Shown here one piece after another: positions 52,165 through 64,000 of a stretch of 64,000 bases of DNA. Each line of letters opens with the position of its first letter. The first letter of the stretch is position 1. A program made the position numbers and the translations under genes. A model generated the notes under the pieces. The model worked only from the letters and a program-made list of their open reading frames with translations. It made no database searches and was not told the DNA's origin. The DNA comes from Carcharhinus amblyrhynchos (taxonomy: Eukaryota): contig OZ336885.1 of NCBI GenBank assembly GCA_965287045.1, forward strand, positions 22,444,001 through 22,508,000, in the 5' to 3' direction.

Positions 52165-55100
52165 GGAGGATTCGGTGATGGTAACATCTTTGAATGTCAA
52201 GGGGTGATCATTGCCTGGCACCTGTGTGGTGCGAATGTTACTTGCCACTTGTCAGCCCAAGCCTGGATAATATTTAGGTCTTGCTGTGGACTGCTTCAGT
52301 ATCTGAGAAGTTGAGAATGGTGTTGATCACCATGTCTGACCTTACAATTGAAGGAATGTCATTGATGAAGCGGCTGAAGGAAGTTGGACGTGGGACACTA
52401 CCCTGAGGAACCCCTGCAATGATGTCCTGGAACTGAGATGATTGACCTCAATCACCACAACCCTCTTGCTCTGTGTCCGGTATGATTACAAACAGTGAGG
52501 GATTTGCCTGATTCCCATTGATGGCAGTTTTGCTGGAGCTTCTTGCTGCCATACTTGGTCAAATGCTGGAATGATGTTGAGGGTAATCATTCTCATCTCA
52601 TCTTGAGTTCAGCTCTTTTGTCTATATTTGAACCAACGTTGTCATGAGATCAGGACTTCAGTGACCCTGGTGCAATGTAAACTGTGTCAATGAGCAGGTT
52701 ATTGCTGAGTAAATTCCACTTGATGATACTGTTGACCCCTCCATCACTTTACTGAGAATCATAAGAACATAAGAAATAGGAGCAGGAGTAGGCCATCCAG
52801 CCCTTTGAGCCTGCCCCACCATTCAGTAAGATCATGGCTGATCTGAAGTGGATCAGTTCCACTTTCCCACCTGCTCCCCATAACCCTTAATTCCCTTGTC
52901 TATCAGAAACCTATCTACCCGTGACTTAAATATATTTAGTGAGGTATCCTCCACCACTTCAACGGGCAGAGAATTCCAGAGATTCACCACCCTTTGAGTG
53001 AAGAAGTTCCTCCTCAACTCTGATCTAAACTGCACCCCCCCCCCTTATCTTGAGGCTGTGCCCTCTAGTCCTGCTGCCCTTTGTAAGCGGGAAGAATCCC
53101 TACCTCTACCCTATCCATCCCTTTCATTATCTTATACGCATCTATAAGATCCCCCCTCATCCTTCTAAACTCCAAGGAGTACAGACCCAGTCTATTTAGT
53201 CTCTCTTCATTGTCCAACCCTCTCATCTCTGGTATCAGCCTAGTGAACCTCCTCTGCACTCCCTCCAAGGCCAATGTATCCTTCCGCAAGTGCGGCGACC
53301 AAAACTGCACACAGTACTCCAGCTGCAGCCTCACCAGTGCCCTGTACAGTTGCAGCAAGACCTCCCTGCTTTTATATTCTATCCCCCTCGCTATAAAGGC
53401 CAGCATCCCATTCGCCTTCTTGATCACCTGCTGCACCTGCAGACTGGAGTTTTGCAACTCATGCACAAGGACCCCCAGGTCCCTCTGCACTGTAGCATGC
53501 TGCAGCTTTTTGCCCTTTAAATAGTAATCCCTCCTACTATTATTTCTACCAAAGTGGATAACCTCACACTTGCTAACATTATACTCCATCTGCCAGGTCC
53601 TCACCCACTTGCTCAGCATATCCAGATCCCTCTGCAGACTTTCCACACCCTCCATGCAATTTGCTTTTCCATTCATCTTCGTGTCATCAGCAGATTTCAT
53701 CACCCTACACTCAGCCCCCTCCTTCAGATCATCTATATAAATGGTAAATAGCTGAGGCCCCAGCACCGATCCCTGCGGCACTCCACTGGTCACCAGATGT
53801 AACCAAGATGAATCGAGAATAGACTGCGGGGCAGTAATTGGCTGGGTTGGATTTGTCCTGTTTCTTGTGTACAGGACATACTTGGGCAGTTTCCACATTG
53901 TCATGTTGATGCCAGTGTTGTAGATATATTGGAATAGCTTGGCTGGGGACACAGGAGGTTCTGGAGTGCAATTTTTCAGGACTATTACTGGAATATTGTC
54001 AGAGCCCATAGTCTTCGCAGTATTCAGTATCTTCAACGATTGGTTGAAGGCAGACATCTGTGATGCTGGGACCTACCCAGGAGGACCAGCTGGATCATCC
54101 ACTCAGCACTCCTGGCTGAAGATTGTTGTGAATATTTTAGCCTTATCTTTTGCACTGATGTGCTGGGCCCATCCCCATCACTGAGAATAGGGATATATGT
54201 GGAGTCTCCTCCTCCAGTGAGTTGTTTATTTGTTCACCATCTTTCATGGCTGGATGTGGCAGGACTGCACAGCTTGGATCTGATCCATTGGTTATGGGAT
54301 TGCTGAGTTCTATTTCATGCTGCTTTTGCTTTTTGGCTTGTAAGCAATCCTGTTGTAGCTCCATGGGCACCTTATTTTTTAATGTGCTTGATGTTGCTCT
54401 TGGCAGACCCTCTTGCACTCATCAATGAATCAGTGTTGATCCCCGGCTTGGTAGTAATGGGGGAATATGCTGGGCCATGAGGTTACAGATTGTGGTAAAG
54501 TACAATTCTGCTGTTGATGGCCGACAGTGCTTCTTAAATGCTTAGTCTTTAGCTGCTAGACCTGTTTGAAGTCTAACCCATTTAACACGGTGGCAGTGCC
54601 ACACAAGATGGAAGGTATCGTCAATATGAAAATGGTACTTTGTCTCCATAGGCATTGGGTGGTGGTCACTTGTACTGATACTGATGCAGGGTGATGACGA
54701 GGTCAAGGATGTTTTACTTTCTTATTTGTTCCCTCACCCCGTGCTGTGGCTCTAGTTTAGCAGCTATGTTCTTTCAGACTGGCCAGATTGGTCTGTAGTG
54801 GTACAATTGAGCCATTCTTTAGTGATGGGCATTAAAATATCCCACCCTGACCACTGTGCCCTTGCCATTCTCAGTACTTCTTCCATGCAATGTTCAACAT
54901 GGAGGAATACTGATTCATTAGCTGGAGGGGGCAGGGGGTGAAACAATCCATGGTAATCAACAGATTTCCTTGCCCATGTTTGACCTGTTGCCATAAGACT
55001 TCATGGGTCCAGAGTTGATGTTGAGGACTCCCAAACCAACTGCCTCCCACCACCTCTGCTGGGTCTGTCCTGCCCGTGGGACAGGATGTACCCAGGAATC

Positions 55101-55220
55101 ATGATAGTGTTGTCCATGACATTATCTGTAAGGTATGATTATATCAGACTGTTGTTTGACTAGTCACCCAATTTTGGCATAAACCCCCAGATGTTTGTAA
55201 GGAGGATTTTGCAGGGTCCA
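52165..55220 (-). mobile_element. Older CR1-group LINE (endonuclease and RT remnants) split by the young CR1
   Basis: AKTMGSDNIPVIVLKNC..AKLFQYIYNTGI, VCPVHKKQDKSNPANYCP and HEVLWQQVKHGQGNLL. The sequence runs continuously across the inserted copy. Confidence 0.75.
52761..53809 (-). mobile_element. Young CR1 LINE nested in an older LINE
   Basis: SGVPQGSVLGP...ADDTK...LEYCVQFWSP; same tail as the other young copies; GAATC occurs at both junctions. Confidence 0.93.
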
Positions 55221-56074
55221 CAGAGCTTGTTGCATCATTTAGTGTATGTAATGGCAAGTGTCATTAGTTTGGACAACACATCTTGGCCCATTCTATCACC
55301 CAAAATTGATTTCCACTGATTCTCAACCCTTTCATTAATAGCAGTAGTTTTTCCTTATTTACGCTGACCAGAACCCTCATGATTTGCCTGCATTTTTTTC
55401 AATCCTTTTACTACTTTCCTGTCCTTCAAGCATCGTACCCAGAATTCAACACAAAATCCCAGCTGAAGCTGAAACAGGGCTTTATACTGGCTCATCAGAA
55501 CTTTCAGTATTCTGTGATGTTCTTTAAAGTCCAAAATTCCACATGCTTTATTAAATACTAACTGAATCTACTCTGCAACCTTAAATTATTTAACACATCC
55601 AGTAAGATCTTTGTTATCATGGGTGGTGTCAGTTAATCAAAAATGCAGGAATTATGTTGCTCTGCATACAATACAAAGTGTGGTATATTGTTCAGCCATA
55701 AATTAACTCTAATTTAGTTTCAATGTAAAACCTAAGAATAGCTCTATAGTATTACAATTTATTATTAAAGTTTTCTTTTAAAAATGTATTACCTGAACAC
55801 AGTGATTGACTTATTACAAAAAATTGTGCTGTCAAAATTGTGTTTGGTATGAGTGCTGGATAACAGTTTACTATGGCCTCAGTTCCCTCTGCTCCTGCAC
55901 CCATTATAAAATTGTATTTAATTTTATATTGCCTCTCCATTCTAATAAGATTAAATTTGTATTAAATTTTCCTACCATTTGTCTGACCATTCCACTAGTC
56001 TGATTTATTTTGAAGTTTATCACTTTCAGTATTTCCAAGTTTTGCATCACATGCAAATTTGGAGTTGTGTCTTT

Positions 56075-56496
56075 TACACCATCTTGGTCTTCACCATCTT
56101 GCAGTAAAGGTTCAAGATGACAAACACCTGGGGTAAGAGGAGGGGGACTTGATACATGTTTGCTAGACCCTTCTGGAAACATGGGCCAGTACCTCTTTCT
56201 ACTTACAAGTAAAGGCGATATTGTTGACATTAAGGGCACAGGCACTGCACAAAAGGATATGCCCCACAAATGTTACCACGGCAAGACTGGAAGAATTTAG
56301 AATCTTACACAGCATGCTGGGGCCATTATTATCAACAAGCAAGTCAAGGGCAAGATCCTCACCAAAAGAATTAATGTGCATATTGAGCATGTCGTGTGTT
56401 ATAAGCAGAGACAATTTTCTGCATCATGTGAAAGTGAATGAAGCAGCAAAGAATTTACTGTCAAATACAGTAAAAAAAACACAGGAACTCCTGGGC
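56075..56496 (+). pseudogene. RPL21: Processed pseudogene of 60S ribosomal protein L21
   Basis: From ATG 56117: [29 protein letters not shown].., then [60 protein letters not shown]. Intronless, with stops and indels, preceded by a pyrimidine-rich 5'UTR-like leader. Confidence 0.92.
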
Positions 56497-56999
56497 TACT
56501 TTACTGTGCATCTTTCTCCAATGTTCATCAATTCTTTTTCCTATAGGTGCCACTATCCCTTTTATTTCATGGGCTTTAACAAATCTGTTAAAATCAATTT
56601 TATAAGTATTCGAGAAGGGTTTATGACTTTGCTTTGTTCATTTCATTTACATCAAGCTTAGATGAAGTGCACATTCCAGATGGCATCTTAGCATTTGGGT
56701 ATGAAGTCCCATTATTCCAGCTTCCTCACGATAATGCTTGAGACAGAAAGTGATCCATCTAAATGCAGACCAAGAACAAACCAAACTCACCCATAAAAAG
56801 CAATGACTGAGTGACAGACATACATACATTCTGCATTTTAAACAATATTCTAATTGTGTATGAAAATTAGCTCCACACTGTACCTCCCTAGCAGAGAAGT
56901 TCTTACTATGTTGACCAATCGTTGCAGAAACAAATTAGTTTTGTTCCTGGAAAACAGGTCAAGTTTGCACTGTAATGGGTTAAACGCATACTTTTGTAA

Positions 57000-57515
57000 G
57001 ACCATAGACATAGGATTAGAATTAGGCCACATGGTCCAGCAAGACAGTTCTATCATTCAATCACAGCTGATATTTTTCTCATCTTCATTTGCCTGCCTTT
57101 TACCCACAATGCCTGACTGCCCCTTGTTAATCAAGAACCTATCTATCTCTGTCTTAAAGATACTCAATGACCTGGCCTCTATCTTTCAGCAGATTGACCA
57201 CTCTCTGGCTGAAGAAATTCCTCCATGTCGGCTTTAAAGGATCGTCCTTTTAGCCTGAGATTGTGCCCTCTGGTTCTAGTTTTCCCTACTAGTGGAAATA
57301 TCCTTTCCACATCCACTCTGCCCAGGCCTCACAATATCCTGTAAGTTTTAGTAAGATTCCCCCCCACCCCTCCCACCTCATCCTTCTAAACTCTGAATGC
57401 AGACCCAGAGTCCTCAACCACTTCTCATATGACAAGCTCTTCATTCCAGGGATCATTCTTGTAAACCTCCTTTGGCCTCTTTCCAAGGCCACTACATCCT
57501 TCCTTAGATACAGGT
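57000..57515 (-). mobile_element. CR1 3' fragment
   Basis: ALERGQRRFTRMIPGMKSLSYEKWLRTLGLHS. Confidence 0.8.
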
Positions 57516-57639
57516 TTAGAGAAATGTGTACTTTGTCTAAACCCAGAAAGTGATAATTTCATAAGCCATTCCAAACATTTTACGCTGATATTTACAATCA
57601 CAGTATTTACACAATGTCAAGACACACCACAGCACAATG

Positions 57640-59744
57640 TATAAAGGAAAGTTTACACACTTTATTTTATACTGGACATTATATAAAGAGTAACATGCCT
57701 TTTGAAACAATTACATAATCAGTCCATACAGTGCCTATGACCAAAAAGCAAAAGTACAAAACTGCTTTTATTTACACCATTGCATTAAAGTCACACAAGA
57801 ATTAAATGGATCCCATGAAACCACAGAAGAAAAAAAAATAATGCAGAATTACAAAAAAAGTATTTAAATATTTAGAAATGTACAAAACTTAAAACTGAAA
57901 TCACAGTTAACTTCATATCACCTCTTCTCTCACCCCCTGCCCTCCTCAAGGACTATGTTACCGCTATTGTTAGAGAAAAATGTACAGAAAAACAAATCAA
58001 CAGGTTTATTATATATTGAACAGCAAAGACTCAGATGTGTCTGTACTGATTGAAGTCAGTGTAGTACTTTGTAATACTTCATCAGTAAACTAGTAAATAG
58101 AATCATGGTGGCAGCCACTTAGGTAATTGTTTCATTTCTTATTTTCATTTTCTCATCCATCTTGACCGCAGGCCCAGTTACAAATAATAGATATTTATGA
58201 TTTCCTACATTTCTAAATTTTGAGGCCAAATAAAATACATATTGGGTCTTCAGTTTTTTTTAAAAAAGGGCTTGAGGTGCACAATGCAAAAAGCCAGTTT
58301 AGATTATAGAGCTCTTAAGTATTTAAAATAAAGAACAAACTGCTCTATCTGTACTGCACATGCACTGCATACAGACAACAAAGTGCAACATGTTTGTTCT
58401 GAATGCAGCTCTTCAGTGCGTTATTTATGAGCCATTCACATAAACCATCAAGGAAGTGATAGAAAACAATATAAATACGGTCAGGCCTTTGGTAATACTT
58501 TAATACTTCCACTGAATTTTTGCAGCTATATGCCTACATATATTTATATCTAAAAATGCACAACAGCCTCAGTAAATTGAGGTCCAAACCAAAACATTAG
58601 TCAGTACAGTACAGGCGATTTCAAACTCTTAATAAACCACACTTCTGAATTTTCAAACCCACAAATCTGCAGAGGTTTGAATCTGCACCTATAGTGATTT
58701 AAAGGCTTCCATTCTAAGGATCCTGTTTACATGGTTTTTACTTAATTACTTCAAAAAGAAACATTAAAAAAAAACTTGCTTTATTTACATCTGAACAATA
58801 AGTATAATCAGCTTTTTGGTGTATAGTCCACTTCAGTTGTTTGGCCCAACTGTGATTATAGTAACAAATGTGTTCAGACATGGTACTCTTCAACTGACTG
58901 TGAAAATGTTAGGAGAGTGGGAAATCCATCAATCAAAACTCTCAGCCAAATCCTAGGCGTCATATTCCCATGCCATTCCTCTCTGTGAGCAAGTCAGCTT
59001 TCTTCAAAGTACTCAAATAGAATGGGCATTGTCTGTTTACAGATATACTTAAGTAGGTCACTCTGCTGCTTCTTCAGCTACCTGTATTCTCTACCTCTTG
59101 CTGAAAAGAACATTTTTTTTCTTGCTTAGTGGAGCTGCATAGAAAGTACAATTAATGAATTTCTCTGATCAATGGCACTCAATAGACTTTCTATAGACCT
59201 CTCTTTGTGAATTGGCTCTGGCTTCATTTCTGTTAGTTGCACTTGTACATCAAAATTTCCGTATCAGACTTAACTGCAAATGGTTGAACTTTTTAAGATA
59301 CAACTGTTTAAGAGGCAACAAATATTTCCAGTAATAGATTTTTTTTTTAAAGTGTCCAGCACAATAACACTCAGTGATAAAGTAGGTAAAAGCTAGTTTA
59401 ATTCTTTATGTAGAATGCTCACAATGACACATACTGGAACAAAGGTGGGGATGAATATCAGTGTTTTTATAATTAATGTTTAAGTAGCATCCAGAATATT
59501 TTGTTCTCCAAAAAAAAAGGGCATTTATTTTCAAAACAAAACTGGCATATAAAAACTTCCTTTTAAGACTCCCAATATTGTTGCCTTATCGCTCCAAAAG
59601 TGAACATTGTGCAATTATACCTAAATTGAAGGAATTTTTCAAAATTATATTCTTCAGAATCAAGAGGTGCTTGCCAACATGTCCATTAACATTATAGTTA
59701 GATGGTCCATCGTGTAATGAACTCCAAGTATGTCGCTGGTCTTT
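57640..59744 (-). other. TM9SF4: Probable TM9SF4 3' UTR (about 2.1 kb)
   Basis: Repeat-free AU-rich tract after the stop. Minus-strand AATAAA at 58780-58785, 57767-57772 and 57661-57666. Confidence 0.65.
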
Positions 59745-59894
59745 TCAGTCTATTTTTACAGCAGCATAGATTTTTCGTATGAACATGTATGCAGCATAGA
59801 ATCCAATTGTTCCAGTTAGCAGCCAGAAAGAAAGCACCATCAGAGTTGTGTAGCCAAAATACAATAATGATGGGATGAATTCCACAATATCCAG
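59745..59894 (-). CDS. TM9SF4: TM9SF4 last coding exon ([49 protein letters not shown])
   Basis: TTCTAG acceptor; 49 codons plus TGA; the C-terminus KIYAAVKID is typical of TM9SF4 (KxD/E motif). Confidence 0.95.
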   Translation of the reverse strand: MDIVEFIPSLLYFGYTTLMVLSFWLLTGTIGFYAAYMFIRKIYAAVKID

Positions 59895-59924
59895 CTAGAA
59901 AAGAATAAAAATCTTTTTTAAAGT

Positions 59925-60200
59925 TGTTTAAAGTTTTTGTGTCACAAGTAGGCTTACATTGACACTACAATGAAAATTCACTAGTCGCCACACTCTGGCG
60001 TCTGTTCTGGTACATCGAGGGAGAATTTAGCATGGCCAATGCACCTAACCAGCATATTCTTTGGTCTGTGGAAGGAAACTGGAGCACCTGGAGGAAACTC
60101 ACACAGACATGGGGATAATGTGCCGATTCCGCACAGGCAGTGACCCAAGCCGGAATCCAACCCAGGTCCCTGGCGCTGTGGTGCAGCACTGTGCCACCCC
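59925..60200 (-). mobile_element. HE1-related SINE (same tail subfamily) in the last TM9SF4 intron
   Basis: Homologous to 51265-51543. Confidence 0.8.
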
Positions 60201-60341
60201 GATTAAATGAAAGATTTGAATTGCAGTGCTGAAAGATGAAGTTTTCAAAATGTATGCTTTCTGAAACTGTAGATTAACAAATTCATAATGTTAAAATTAA
60301 ATGTACAACTGAATCCAAGTTTTAATTTCTGTCATTCGTAC

Positions 60342-60431
60342 CTTATTAACAAAATAAAATATGGCATAAACAAGCACATAAAATGCTGATCCGCCAGACA
60401 CCATGAATGTTCTCCACCACCATCGATAATC
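60342..60431 (-). CDS. TM9SF4: TM9SF4 penultimate exon ([30 protein letters not shown])
   Basis: 90 nt with TTCAG acceptor and GTACG donor; read manually, as this peptide is absent from the ORF track. Confidence 0.95.
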
Positions 60432-61074
60432 CTGAAAAGCCAAAAGAAAGAGGTTAATGTTTTCATTAGAACTGAAACAAAAATTTCTTTCAACTGGAAA
60501 AAAAGAGCAGAAACGTCAAGTTTTTTTATGCATCCCAGGACTTTCTCAACTAAACATTTTGTCAAAAGAAATCGGAATCCACCTCAGGAGTATTCTACCA
60601 ATGCTGGCAGTTTACTTTCTTGTTTATTTTCAGTTTCAGCAAAGAAGGCTGCCATTACTCTAATGCTGTATCTAACCAAGTCCTTTTTCATTGGGAATCA
60701 CCCAAAGTGCATCTCACTCCAGATTATCGAACTTACTATACAGACCAAGAAAGCCTCAGGTTTGAACCCAGGGAATGGAGAATCTGATTTCAATAAAGGT
60801 GCAATTGGCCTCAGCCTCTGGATTGGGGGGCGGAGGTGATTAGGTAGGGGTTGAACAGGTAAATAGGGAAGTGATGATATGTTTCACACATAAATTTTAT
60901 GAGGGCAGAATCAGGATCACCATGATAACTCCTACACTCCAGCCCACCAAACTTACTGTCTTGACTCTCAAAAACAATGGTCACTTCGGCAAACTACCAG
61001 TGGGCCGTAGGCAATGGTGGGGAGATGGGAGAAATAATACAAAAGTTTTAGGAAAAGCAAAAAATGCCAATGAA

Positions 61075-61540
61075 GCAAAGAACAAGGAAAATTACAGCAC
61101 ACGAGCAGGTCCTCCAAGCCCGCACCAATCATGCTGCCCATCTGAATTAAAATCCCCTGTCCGGGGACCATATCCTTCCATTCCCATCCTGTATTTGTCT
61201 GGATGCCCTTAAAAGTCATCGTATCTGCTTCCACTTCCTCATTACCTCCCCTTACAGCGAGTTCCAGGCACCCACCATCTGTGTTAAAAAAACTTGCCAT
61301 GTACATCTCCTTTAAACCTTGCCCTTCGCACTTTAAACTTCTGTCCCCTAGTAAAAACCCTAGGAAAAAAAGCTTCCGACTATCCACGCCCCTCAATCTT
61401 GTAGACTTCTATCAGGTCACTCCTCAACCTCCCTTGTTCGAGTGAGAACAAACCACGGTTTTCCAACCTCTCCTCATAGCCAATGCCCTCTCCATTCCAG
61501 GCAACATCCTGGTAAATTTTCTCTGTACGCTCTCTGGAGC
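61075..61540 (-). mobile_element. CR1 3' fragment in a TM9SF4 intron
   Basis: QRKFTRMLPG-like coding remnant, RGVDSRKLF and a CR1 3' UTR. Confidence 0.7.
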
Positions 61541-62185
61541 GAATCTAACTAATCTCTTTAGCTGGTACCTGCTTTAAGCCACAGCGATAATTTACTCAGC
61601 TAAGTTCTTCTACAAATCAGACGTCGGCCTGCCACATTAAAAATGCGATTATAAATGATTCATTCACATTTATCTATTAGTAATTAATTGAAGATTGAGC
61701 TCGCCACTGCTGAGTTTATCCAGCAAGTAACTGAACTATACAGTTGATCAATCAGTTCCTTGTCTCTGCCAAGTTAGCTGACCTAAGTCATTGCTTTACA
61801 TTTGTGATTGACTTTTCAGCTTAGGAAAGGGAAAATAGTCCCAACTACAACTATTTCTGCTGAAAGTAGATGAGTAACACTAGGCACAGACAGGATAGTG
61901 ATAACACTCCAGGCCCATAACATCACGTTATTCTCCATTAAAACTCATACATAAATAATGAGCACTTGGATTACATGGCATTGCAGTGAGGCATGGACAA
62001 AGGACTCAGCCAGCAGCCAAAAACTTTTAAGGAAGTGAACCCGCAAAATTAAAACAGTGGACTGCAGTTTCACTTGATGCCAAGTGAAAGGATCTACTAA
62101 CATCCCTCTTATTTAAAACTAGGTTTTATCACAGTAAATTAAAATTATGACGGTCATGTAATAGGATAACTATATCTGATCGTAC

Positions 62186-62305
62186 CTCTGCACAAAGTTG
62201 GAAGTAAACCATGACAATGCTGATTTGAGAACAGGACACAACCAGGATAATAAATACCAAAAATAAGAATCCAAACAGGTAATAGAACTGGTTCTCCCAA
62301 ATTGC
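62186..62305 (-). CDS. TM9SF4: TM9SF4 internal exon ([40 protein letters not shown])
   Basis: 120 nt with TGCAG acceptor and GTACG donor; sequence is characteristic of TM9SF4. Confidence 0.95.
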
Positions 62306-62808
62306 CTGCAAAAAAAAGTTTTAATATAAATCACAGTTGTCAAATAATAATTTTTCATTATTAATTTATTTTGGCTGGCAGTTAATTAAAGCACCGATTT
62401 CTGGTTAGGAAAGACATCCATATATGTAATGGCTGCAATATTTTCAAGCTGTAAAGACCGAGTTGAGAGATTAAAATTGGGTCAGAAGGTGTGTTTTACT
62501 TCAATTTATAAATACTAAGGGGGAATTTAATACATGATCACTAAATTATGAATGGTTTTAAGATGGCGCATCAATTTTTTCAATCAATAGGTAACAAGCT
62601 GACAAACGCAGGAATCTCATTGTGACAAAGAAATTAGTAGTTTCTTCAATGATTGGAATAGATTAGTAGCTATAAAATATATATAATGGAAAAAGGAATT
62701 AGATAAATATTTGAAAAGGGCAAATATATAAAATATGAAAGATAGGGAAATGGCATCAGCAGATGACTCCTGTGCAAGATTTAAAAAGAATATATTGAAT
62801 GCACTTAC

Positions 62809-62872
62809 ACTGAAAATAAAGAACAACTCGATAAACATGGCACCAAATGGCAGGATACCAGCCATAAGGATT
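62809..62872 (-). CDS. TM9SF4: TM9SF4 internal exon (ILMAGILPFGAMFIELFFIFS)
   Basis: Minus-strand CTGCAG acceptor and GTAAGT donor; 64 nt; nonaspanin transmembrane motif. Confidence 0.93.
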
Positions 62873-63324
62873 CTGCAGAAAGAAGTTGGTAAAATCAGGC
62901 AATGGTACAGAAACTCAAAAACAACAGTTTGAGGTTATTGTTATTGTTCAGGATTATGATAAACTAAGTAATGTTAAGTTGATTGCACCATTGGGCAACA
63001 GAAGAACATGAGAATGCAAAATTTAAAATTAAAATGATGGCTGCAATTTTCCTTCCGCACAGATATTCATAATGTGGAATGCTCTGTCATAAATCATTGC
63101 TAAGCAGAGTTTATTAAATTATTTTAAAATAGAATTAGACAGCTGCTTGAAAAAAAATCATTATAAAGGAAATGTGGGGGGGCAAGCAGGAGATCATCAT
63201 TAGACTAATTGACCAATGTGGAGAAACACACCGACCTAATACTTGCTGGGGTGAATATCCTGTTTGAGTCTTAACATTCTATGATTGAAACACATGACAT
63301 TAGTATATTGTTGTAACTAGAAAC

Positions 63325-63490
63325 AAAATTAAAACTGCAGGGTTTGAAATCTATAACAAAATGAGGAAAACGTTAGAAACATTCAATAGGTCAGCATCTG
63401 CGAAGAGAACACACAAACTAATTGTTCATTATTATGCATGTTCCCTCCACAGATGCTCACTGACCAGATGGGTGTTTCCAGCATTTGTAT
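63325..63490. mobile_element. Two decayed, oppositely oriented copies of the Penelope-derived repeat body
   Basis: CAGCATCTGCGAAGAGA (one orientation), then TCCACAGATGCT...TTTCCAGCATTT (opposite orientation). Confidence 0.5.
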
Positions 63491-64000
63491 TGTGAAACTA
63501 TGAATGTAAACCACCACCACTTGCAGCAAGCTAGGAAAGGCAATAAAATGTCAAGTCTGGTCAGTGAAACCCATATCCAGAGAATGAATAAAAGTTAATT
63601 CCTGAAGGATTGCAACATGTGGTGTAACCTGAGCCTATTTGCAACAGTTGAAGAAATGCAGCTGGCAAATGCAGAGGATCTTTATCTGGAGCTGAATTCC
63701 TCTGACGTTCTAACCATATGTTTTGCACAATCTCTCCTTCTGACGCAGATCTAGCTCAGCATGGGTCTAAGTTTGAATTACAAATAATGGCACTTTTTGC
63801 AGTGCCATCTTTAAAATATAAAATGCTATAAAGCAGGAAAGGGGTACCAGATGGAATAACTGAGTGGCCAAGACTGGCAGATGACATTGAACATCTGGAA
63901 GTGCAAGGAGGTTTACTGGGATCAAAAAAATTGGATTTTTTTTGTAAGTGCGTGGGGCTGGAAACTGGAGCTGTAAAGGGATTTAAATGTCTAGAGGTGG

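Noticed and set aside
53065-54057. 330-aa ORF that looks like a long RT gene
   Set aside because: Chance in-frame fusion of an old LINE with a nested young CR1 (junction near 53810, GAATC at both ends); the catalytic FADD reads SADD.
59745-62872. Possible TM9SF2 or TM9SF3 identity
   Set aside because: [14 protein letters not shown] and KIYAAVKID match TM9SF4, consistent with PLAGL2 synteny.
166-62932. The many 60-146 aa ORFs in the track
   Set aside because: Apart from those used above, they are antisense or alternative frames of repeats, or random ORFs with no domain or splice support. No CRISPR array, rRNA or viral gene was seen.

Overview
Vertebrate genomic DNA, most likely a shark (elasmobranch) judging from its HE1/V-SINE-like, DeuSINE-like and CR1 repeats. 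Two genes lie tail-to-tail. PLAGL2 is on the + strand (coding exons 20114-20373 and 35946-37191, 501 aa, long transposon-poor 3' UTR). The last four coding exons and 3' UTR of TM9SF4 are on the - strand, the same arrangement as in mammals. The rest is intronic or intergenic DNA with CR1, L2, RTE and Rex1-like LINE fragments, SINEs, a MITE, a decayed gag-bearing Gypsy/Gmr1-like element and an RPL21 processed pseudogene. The most notable observations are: (1) several Penelope-like retroelement ends carrying minimal type-I hammerhead ribozyme motifs of three sequence types; (2) a PLAGL2 that keeps an intact, PLAG1-like first zinc finger; (3) a templated inverted duplication next to one hammerhead element; (4) a gag-only LTR element with an unexplained decayed downstream region. 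No clearly new biological system is demonstrated. Repeat boundaries are approximate and family names come from motif recognition, not database searches.
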